DNA of 64,000 bases from the human T2T-CHM13v2.0 reference genome, Homo sapiens. Position 1 is the stretch's first letter. Every line of letters starts with the position of its first letter. The stretch is from NCBI RefSeq assembly GCF_009914755.1, contig NC_060927.1, one strand, 5' to 3'. A model generated the notes under the pieces. That model was not told the origin of the DNA. It ran no database searches and worked only from the letters and a program-made list of their open reading frames with translations. The translations under genes were made by a program, and so were the position numbers. Below are positions 1-64,000 of this stretch, piece after piece.

Positions 1-219
1 CATCTGAGAGGGGCTCGCCCACGGTCACACAGCCACCCATGGCCTTGTTTGGGGGAGGATCCAGGCATCTTGACTTCCAGCATAGTTGTCTTTGTGCCAT
101 TGTGGCCACGTTCTGAGGATCCGGAGTGAGGAAGCCTGAGTGCAGAGGGGCAAGCCCAGGCTGCTCTGATGTGTGTCTGCTCTGATGAAAAGCACAGCAG
201 GATAAAGATGGGGCAGGGG

Positions 220-447
220 CCCTTAACCAGGGGTGACGTCTTGCATCACCCCAAGCCCTAGGACATTTGGCAGTATCTAAAGACATTTTTGATTGTCACA
301 GTGGGGGTTGAGGGAGTAGAGGCTCCTATTGTCATCCAGTGGGTAGAAGCCAGGGATGCCATTAGTTATCCTGTAATACGTAAGAACAGCTTCTACAGCA
401 AAAACTATTCTTCAGAATGTCAACAGTCCAAGATGGAGAAACCCTGG
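220..447. mobile_element. MER20 (hAT) DNA transposon relic
   Basis: ggacatttggcagtatct...ccagtgggtagaagccagggatgc...gagaaaccctg. Confidence 0.7.
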
Positions 448-1172
448 GGTGGAAAATGATTTGGGGTGTTCTTTAGGTCAGGCAGTCATGGATGACTGTG
501 CTGAGGTTGTGACTTTTGAGCAGAGACCTGAAGGAACCAGAAAATACAAATGAAAAGATCTGGGGAAGAGCATTGCAAGAAGAGGGAACAGCACATGCAG
601 AGGCCCTGAGTCAGGAAGGCATCCTCAAGAAGCCAGTGTGTGAGACCGGGTTGGTTATTCTCTACCAGATCTCAGATGAAAACACTGAGGCTCAGAGATA
701 AGGGCTCACCAGAGGTCATACCATGAAACAGTGCTGGAGCTGGGTTTGAAATGGATGTGATTGATTCCAGAGTCCATTTGCTTTCCACTGTCTCTGCTGC
801 TACTGTCAGAGGAGTGGCCCAGCCTTCATTTTGCAGTTAAGGCCTTTCCCTTACTCGATTCTATAAATTTTTTTTTCTTCTTCTATCCCTGGTTACTTGG
901 TTTTGTTCCTGGCACCACCTCAGTGACAAAAACAACAAGGATAATGATGGCCAATAATTCCATAGTGCTTGCTGTGTGCCAGGCACAGTTCCAAGTGTGA
1001 GAGATTCTCTATATAGACACTCATCTGATCCTTATGACATGCATGTGTGCTGGATACTATTCTCCTACTGTGCCCATTTCACAGGTAAGAAAATTGAGGC
1101 ACAGAGAGCTAAATGACTTGTTCAACAAATAAGAGTTAGAGACAGGAAACTGCCTAGTTCCAAAGCCCATGC

Positions 1173-1453
1173 TTTTTTTTTTTTTTTTTTGAGACGGAGT
1201 CTCACACTGTCGCCCAGGCTGGAGTGCAATGGCGCAATCTCGGCTCACTACAACCTCCGCCTCCTGCCTCAGTCTCCCGAGTAGCTGGGATCACAGGCGC
1301 CCACCACCATGCCCGGCTAATCTTTTTGTATTTTTAGTAGAGACAGGGTTTCGCTGTGTTGGCCAGGCTGGTCTCGAACTCTTAACCTCATGTTCCACCC
1401 GCCTTAGCCTCCCAAAGTGCTGGGATTACAGGCGTGAGCCACTGTGCCCGGCC
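1173..1453 (-). mobile_element. Alu (S-type, small internal deletion)
   Basis: Alu consensus; TSD agcccatgctttt. Confidence 0.95.
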
Positions 1454-2512
1454 TCAGAGCCCATGCTTTTAACCACAACACTATGCAGTGACTTTCTCAG
1501 CAGTGATTTTCTCATCACTAGAGTGGATCACTCACTTGACGAGTGGCTTCTTAAGTTTAGTAACACACAAGGTTCAGCACAGAAGGGAATTTAGAGGTTA
1601 GTTTGTCCACATATGAGGAAACTGAGGCTTGACCTTGAAAGTGATTTGTATAGAGTTGTACCAGGAGGCAGGTGTTCCCAGCTGAGTGCCCTCTGCTCTG
1701 CCATGGGCCACCGCTGCCAGCCACGCCTGCACATTCACAGCCTCCCCCGTCTATTTCATCAGGCCGCCACAGCGTGTCTTTGCATCTCTGGATCCCAGCC
1801 ACTAGTTGTGTCTGATATCCGGCAGGTTTGGGGCCACCCAGCAGGAGCCTGCTTGTGGCAGAAGGCCCAGGCATCTGTCTCAGCCCAGCCCATCCTTCCT
1901 GTTTATAGACATAATCTCAGTCTATTTCCAGATCATATAGGTGTGGAAGCTGGGGCTCACCATCTGAGGTCAGCCTGCAGAGTTAGTGCTTCCCAAGGGG
2001 AATGAATGTGCGCTCGCTCACTCACTCACTCCTCACTCACTCTTTCAGTCAACAAAGAGAACTACCATATGCTAAGCACTGGTCATGCAGATGTGGGAGT
2101 TCCTGGTCCCTGCCCTCCTGGAGAGATGTAATTGTTTCACAGTAATGATAAGTGTCGTGAGAGGGGGATGCTCAGAAACGATACCTAGCCCAGCCCGTTG
2201 AGCAGGGAGGATCAGGAGAGGCTTCTTGGAGGAGGTGCTGCCGTGGCTAAGTCTTATAGGATGACTGGGAGTTAGCCAGGTAGAGGGAGGGGGAAAGGAT
2301 GCTGAGGGAACAGCATGTACAAAAGCAAGAGAAAAGAGAGAATTCCTCAGTACAGGGAACCACAGGTTGCTCAAGATTGGTGGGGTCATGAAGTGGGATA
2401 TAAAGGTCATGCCATCATCATGGCCATTGAGCATTTACTAAATGGCAGGTGCCATGCTGGGCATTAGCTCAACAACCTTCAGAGTTAGGTGCTGTTAAAA
2501 TCTGCATTTACA

Positions 2513-55617
<53,105 letters not shown>

Positions 55618-55865
55618 CAGTTATCAAGCATGTGGACTTGTAACAAATTCTTAGGTCAATATGTGAATGCTTTTAGAAGCTAAGCTGTGGCTCAACTCAT
55701 CCGGACACACACCTGGATTCAGCAATGAGGCCTGACCTTTTTTGCTATAACCGCCCCACCACTCCCCTGCCCTTGCCAACATCTTCATGAATGGAATCCT
55801 TAAGGGATATTTATGGACCTCTCCTTTTCTGTGTTTTCCACCCCTACCCCCACCCGCCACCCAGT

Positions 55866-55871
55866 AATAAA
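55866..55871 (+). terminator. Proximal poly(A) signal AATAAA
   Basis: Canonical hexamer ~250 nt after the stop codon. Confidence 0.45.
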
Positions 55872-56817
55872 CTATTTCCTTACCCCGCAGTGAGTTAAAA
55901 TTTAGTAAGATGAAGATGTGGAAACCAATGAAAAGTACATTTAGAAATGCAGGCTTTTTAGTAGAAAGAAGCTCTTACAGTTTTTACTCATGATAAATCT
56001 TATCACCTTTCAAAAATTGATTGTGGTGCCTCAGGTGAAATGAGAAGCTATCAGTAACAGCTACTCTCATCGAAAGCACTTTATTATTTTACGGAGCTGC
56101 AACCTCCAATTTTGTGTTTTCTAAGTGATTTACTTAAGTCAATAACAGATGGAATCCTGTGGACTAATGTGCCACCAGTTTTCTAACAAGGGTGTACATA
56201 AAATGGATTTGTGCAGACCTGGCTGTGGCTTGCTGGTGTGCAAGCACACATCACTTTAGAGGGGCTGCGCCCCACCAGATAGGAAGGGGAGGATTTTCTC
56301 CTCCAGTCGACCTTGTGACCTGTATACTAACATAACTTATTAAAGGAGGGGTCCCTCCTCCCCCAGAGCAGTCCTCAACACTATGTCAGTGCTGGAAATG
56401 CAGCCACTGGCAGATCTGGCCCCCCAGACGTCACCGCAGGGCCTCTGAAGAGTCAAGGTCTGCTTTAATTTATTGTGTGCCTTTCTGTGTTTACCTCACT
56501 CAAGCTGACAACATTGTTTATGGGAATCTATCCTTCTTTTAGACACACGGTAATCCTTGGGCTGTATTACTGAAGGCTTTTTATTTTTTGAGAGGTGAAA
56601 AAAAGAGAAAACAAGTTAGACTCCAAAGGTGAATTCCTGGTCTTGGCAGATGGCTCTGGGAACAGCGAGGGAGCACAGAAGTCGTGGCCTGAGGCTGTTC
56701 TATGGGCACTTGGGGCTAAATCGCCTCCTGAGGGTGACTGTTGCTTATTCTGCTGGACAGGTTTTTACATAAAGCAAAGGGCATGTGAGGGGTGGGATTC
56801 CTTGTTACTCTTACTGC

Positions 56818-56997
56818 AATAAAAATCAATTGTTTGATATCCTGTCCCCATTCTGTTGCTGCCCTGTCCCCTACAAAAAAGGGAATTTGCTGACAAACTT
56901 TTTGTAAAAAGCACCATCTCTGGACTTACTTGCATTAAATATTTTCAGGGGAATTTTTTTTTCCAGTTTGCAGTTCTTTTAAAATGTTTGCATTAAA
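56818..56997 (+). terminator. Distal poly(A) signal cluster: AATAAA 56818-56823, ATTAAA 56934-56939, ATTAAA 56992-56997
   Basis: Hexamers seen directly, with downstream U-rich sequence; another AATAAA at 57319-57324. Confidence 0.6.
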
Positions 56998-57976
56998 CAT
57001 GTAACTAATGGTTCACACTAAGTGATTAGACAGTGTTCTTGTTAATTTTTGAGGGCTTAATTCCAACTGAATCATTTTCATCATCAGACACTGAAATGGG
57101 CTTCCTAGAGCTGTTGAGCAGAGCAGGACTTCAGTACCAGGCAGGGGGAAGTTTCCCCAGTCTGCTCACATTGCTGCCCATGGTCAGTTTCTGAGTTCCA
57201 GATAGAATCACGGGTCTGAAAGTCATCAGAAGGCCTCTTTTACTTTATATCATCATCCTATTTTGGATGCTCTGTAAAGAGGTAATAGGGCTTTTATTTC
57301 TCAGTGAATAGTTACCCTAATAAAAATGTCTGGGTTATAGATGAAAAACACACTGGATGGGTTTTGTAAAAGGAAACTGGCAGGGGCTCATGTGTGACTG
57401 GGCAAGGGATTACCTTTTTATCTGGACCTTGTATTACAAGTCCTTCCTGTGGTTCTTTGTGTACTCATTTCAGGCCAATTTCTGCTACCTTTTCTACTAG
57501 GGATGAAGCCATCCCACCCGGTCAGAGGGTGCTCCTTCCCACTGGACCCAGATGCTGGGGATATGACCAGCCATGACACCACGGAGATGCTGCTCGAAGT
57601 CCCCCATAATACCTGCTCTGCCCCTCTGCTCACTGGGCACAGAGCAGCCCCTTTACTGTGCACCCCCAGCAAAGGCCATGTTTATCAGGAAGAAGCAGCA
57701 TAGACGAGCCACTCACTTAAGTTGCTCTGAGCTTTGGTGTCTTCTTCTATTACATGGAGATCATCCTAGCTTCTCCCACAGGTTCAGGGGAAAAGGCACA
57801 AATGGAATGTTTGTGAAAGTGGTCTGAAAAGAGCAGGGCCCATAACTTTACTTTTACTTTGTATAATAACACCATGCCCTTCCCCACTGGTTTATCAAAG
57901 TCGTGGGCCCTGCTCTTTAACAGCACAAAATGAAGACAATACACAGAAGACCTTTTTCCTTATCCATGAAAATTGG

Positions 57977-59593
<1,617 letters not shown>

Positions 59594-61069
59594 TGTTTTG
59601 TGGTTTCTATGATCATGGAAGCTTCTGTGCCTCCACACATTCATGGTCAGGAGAGGACAGATATATCTACACTAAGATGTCTGTTTTCAGCAGCAGGTAA
59701 ATGGAAACCAATCTCAATCTGGTTTAAACAATTTGGAAATCAGTTAAAAGGAGATCCAAAAGCAGGGGGATTTGGTTTTTCTGACTTGCCATGCAGTGTC
59801 AGCTTGATTCCAGGGTTGGTTCCCAAGCAGTTTATTGCTGACTGCCACTGATGGTTGGGGCTACACTATAAAATTCCCTGTTCACAGCCACCAAGGACAG
59901 CTTGGCTTCGTGTAGCTAGCTTTTTCTTAGAAGCACCCACAGGCCCTTCCCATTCTCCAGGTTCACACTTACTTACACCTGCCAACTCCTGAGCTTAATC
60001 TTCGTAAGAGGGACCACCATGATTGGCACCGAACAGTCAGCTGTGGGGGCAGCTGCTGGGGATTCACCAATGTCCACTCTCTGGACCAAATCTTCTGGAA
60101 AGACTATAGTTTGGATTAACAGAGTGCAAGGGCTATGCTTTTTCCTATATTTTGGGGATGATCTGTAATAGAATACTCACAGGGCAATTATTTAGGCATC
60201 TGTTATATATGTTTGCTAAGTATTAAGGTAAGTGGCACGGGGAAAGCTGATTTGATATCACTGATCTTTTAGGCTCCTAATGAAAGACAATTGTTAAATC
60301 AGTAGCAAAACAGTACTGACCTCTCAGGTTCTTAGGAGACCTTTGTATGATTATTAGCAACAAAGAAGTGTCTAGCACTTTAACCCTGTTCTTTCATTTA
60401 ATTCTCCCAGGGACCTGCTGAGGTAAGTTATTACCCATTTTGCACGTAAGGAAATGGGATTAGAAATATGAAGTCACCTGTCCAGGGTCACACACAAAAT
60501 TGGCAAAGCCCACCTTTGTAACTGCTTCACTATAATGTCTCTTTTGAATGTGTATGAGCTGACACTAGGAGCAATTCTCTGACACCTGCAATGTGAATTA
60601 TTTCCTAAATTTGACAGAAATCTCTGGCTGCAGAGGACCAATCACTAGGACCTTTTCCTCTGAAGTCAGAATAAATAGGACACTAAGACAAACTCAATTT
60701 TGCATTTCATTATCCAAGCAAAAATCATTAAATTTTATCACAGTTTACAATCCATGCACATAACCCAACTTTAATTCAATATATTGTAAAAATGAATATA
60801 ATTCTATTTTTTCTACAATCAGATGCACAAGATTTACCTCAATTGAATGTGGGAATCTAGATATTTAAAACCCTAAGCATACATGCTTTAAAAAAATTTT
60901 TTTAACGTACACTCCTAGTGTTATTCATTGACATATTAAGATGCGTACTCAAATATGAGGAGTCTAAGTGACTTCATGGATTTAGCACATTTTTCTCGTA
61001 TGAGGAAACAGAATTTCTATGATGAATTTATAAACAACAATAACCTCATAAATTCTTAGTTACTTGCTA

Positions 61070-61294
61070 CAGATTGAGCGTCTTATCCAAAATGCTTAGG
61101 ACAAGTATTTTGGATTTAGAATTTTTTTCAGATTTTGGGATATTTGCAGATACTTAACCAGTTGAGCATCCCTAATCTGAAAATCTGAAATGCTCCAATA
61201 AGCATTTCCTTTGAGCGTCATGTAGGTGCACAAAAAGTTTCAGATTTTGGAGGATTTCAGATTAAATTTTTGGATTGGGGATGCTCAACCTACA
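61070..61294. mobile_element. Tigger4a/MER46-like DNA transposon relic
   Basis: cagattgagc...gttgagcatccctaatctgaaaatctgaaatgctcc...gggatgctcaacc inverted termini. Confidence 0.65.
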
Positions 61295-61674
61295 TTCTCA
61301 AACCCTTAAGAATCTGTATTGTATATGACAAGTCTGAAGATTATGGTTAACATGTATGCTATGTGAATTGACAAGTTTTGTATTGGGAAGGCAGCCATCA
61401 TACCGTTGTTGCAACAGTTCCAAGAAGAGGATGTGCATGTTCACAGAACACCTCTGTGTCCTGGGGGATGCGCCTCCCGGGGAGGGGGGACTATTTTCAG
61501 AAACATAAGGCAATGCAAGCAATGCACACTCCAGAGCCTGTGGGTCATGTGAAGTCAAAGCAGTGTGGGGCAAGAGACCACAAATTTGCAACATGCTACA
61601 ACCAGAATGAGGCCACTCTACCAAGGCTGCCCTATCCTTGGTAGTGCCCCACTCTACCAAAGCTGCTCCTCCCT

Positions 61675-61767
61675 GCCACAGGAGAAGCCTTGAGGAAGTC
61701 CCCTCTGGCTCTCTGGCTGTTCCTCTACGAGAGCTAGAGGGGACTTCCTCAAGGCTCCTCCTGTGGC
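61675..61767. repeat. 39-bp inverted repeat (2 mismatches, 15-nt loop); pri-miRNA-like hairpin
   Basis: 61675-61713 matches the reverse complement of 61729-61767 at 37/39 positions. Confidence 0.9.
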
Positions 61768-64000
61768 CCACACCTCACCTCCTGGGGTTCCCTCTGGGTA
61801 GGTAGTCTCGGGTGGGATCCAGGCATCTTCAGTTTCTACAAGCACCTCAGGAGATTCTGTGCACAGGCAGGATGGAGGGAGGTAGGAGGGAAGATAGAGG
61901 AGGTGGTAGCTCAGCCACCATGAATAACGAATAAAAACTTAGTTCAGTCATTGGCAGTGATCTCGGTTTGTCACCAGACTGAGTCTGTGGTAGAAGTGGC
62001 AGTTTACAGGTGTATCTGCAGTGAATATTCAGATCCTTAGCTTAAGAAAGTGAGACCCAAGAGTATCTGAAAATGTTATAAGGCATGAGAACTGGCACTG
62101 GTATCATCAGACAAGATTATAAGAAGCCTTTTAGACTATGACAGTATGCCAAACATTACAGGAGAAATACACGCCCACAGTAATATTTGAGGAGGAAAAC
62201 CAGTATAACTAACTGAGGTAGAAACAGCACTACACCAACATGGCACCCAGCCGGTTAAACATCTCCTTCCACAAAACTTTCCTCTGGAGAAGTTTGATGA
62301 CCCTATGACCACCCTCATAATATCCTAGTGATCACATGAGATTCTGCAGAACAAATTCTCTACATGAACTTGGGATCTTCCTTGTCCAGATCATTTGAAG
62401 CTGTCATACCGGAAGGGGCATTCTGTGTTGACAGCAGAATGACATGCCTCATTCTCTAATTTTGATGGTCTTTCATGCTGCTGTTGTGATAGAGCCAGTG
62501 TAGAGAGGCAGCACTTCCACAAGAGCAAAAGAGAGGCTTGCACAAAATAAAATCTGTATGAAGCAAGCTGAAAACAAGTTTTTTTTTTTTGTTTTTGTTT
62601 TTTGTTTTAGCTTGGAGCCATGTTTTTCAAACTCTGGGAATGGGTTGCAAAATGGATGGAAATGTAATGACGTTTCCAGTTTTGTTTTTTGGCTGGCTTC
62701 AAAACTAACAAGGTTTTGGAAAAAGATATAAAATTCATGGTAAAGTTTACACAAATTCTTCTGATTCGGAAATGGATACTGTAGCAATTAAGAGAAAACC
62801 CCATTTATCTGTATTTGTAAATTATACATTATAAAAATCCTTCAGGAACTGAGAGTTCTTTAAAGTTCTATTGTAGAACTTTAAAACGTTTCATGCCAAG
62901 TGGCCCTAAAGCATTTTCAACAGTGATGACTACCCTTGTTTATATATAAAGATTACCCACTCAAATGTAAACTGCCCTAAATGACCTCAAGTTCTCATCA
63001 ATATTCAAATCTCATCTTCGGTATGTTCATCAACAGCTGTATCCAAAAATCTATCTTGTGATAAAGTGTAGTCAATAAGCCCTATGCTCCTTAGAACTAA
63101 GTAACAGATACAAGCAGGAGACCAGGATGTTCAAGAATTGTCATCTCCAGTAAGTCTGTGGTCCTTCAAATCCAGTGGCCTGTACTTACCAGCCCTTAAT
63201 GATGCCACACTAGAATTCATGAATGTGTAATGGAGCTATCCTGTTGTGAGCAGCATACATGAGAAAATAACTTACTTCTTGAAGGCTACAGTAATTGGCT
63301 ATGCCCTAAAGCATGAGACTTGATTATTCTAACACATATAATTATGAAAGTTATTATAGGCATAAAATTAGCTCTTTTAAAAATGCAGCTACAGTACTAC
63401 TCAATGTGACCCTGAATCTTACTTTGTGGCCACATGTAGGTGTTCACACTGACAGCAAGTATTAATCACAGACATATAAGGGAACCTTTCAGATGACTCC
63501 AGCCATGTGACCATGAGGGATGCCAAGAGAGAACAACTTGACTCCCCTAGAATTAAAAGATTTTCATTAAAAAAAAAAAAAGTGACTGTTAGTCTTTAGG
63601 CCATTGAGTTTGGGTGTGATTAATTATGCAATAGATGACTAGAAAACATGCATTTCTTAGCTCCCTCTTCAAATTCACTAAAGCCAGCAAGTGAATAAAA
63701 AGATATAACCCAAAGGATAGTTCTAGAGGAGACACAAGGTATAGAAAATGTCAACCCATTTTTGGAAGATATAACATGCAGACACAAGAAAATAATCACC
63801 AAAGTGCTTCAGACGGGGATGCCAGTGAAGACACAAAAGGGCTTCTGCCCCTGGAGGCTCACAAACTGGAGGCACAGGTGTCTTGGAAGGCCAGGATGGG
63901 ACTGAAGACGGGGATCAGTTAGGAATCTCTGTGAGGGATCATGACATCCTAAGATTCCCTAATGCCATGCTAGCAGAAAATAAGTTTTCTTTCTGGTGGG

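Larger units (their letters stand above)
55618..57020 (+). other. FGD5: FGD5 3' UTR (3' end approximate)
   Basis: Follows the stop codon, contains no obvious repeats, and has several poly(A) hexamers; a U/GU-rich stretch follows ATTAAA 56992. Confidence 0.7.

Overview
Primate, almost certainly human, genomic DNA. The + strand carries the 3' part of FGD5 (FYVE, RhoGEF and PH domain-containing 5). I assembled by hand 18 GT-AG coding exons (3019-55617) whose phases join into one open frame of 576 aa: DH/RhoGEF, PH1, atypical FYVE, PH2, ending ...RWIEAMEDASVL*. The 5' coding exons lie upstream of the window. The 3' UTR has several poly(A) signals (~55.9-57.3 kb). Introns and downstream DNA are filled with Alus, L1s, MaLR LTRs, MER DNA transposons and a Ricksha/MULE element; repeat subfamily names are from recognition, not a search. 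Structures the gene model does not explain: (1) two HERV-K-type (LTR3/HML-6-like) LTRs fused tail-to-tail as a ~770-bp inverted repeat inside one 6-bp target-site duplication; (2) a 39-bp-stem hairpin at 61675-61767 with Microprocessor-type motifs; (3) an in-frame 210-nt candidate cassette exon within PH1; (4) an old L1 with twin-priming inversion geometry; (5) a 36-bp VNTR with a 328-codon ORF; (6) near-abutting inverted Alu pairs and an Alu tail replaced by templated insertions. No prokaryotic features, CRISPR arrays or tRNA/rRNA genes were seen.
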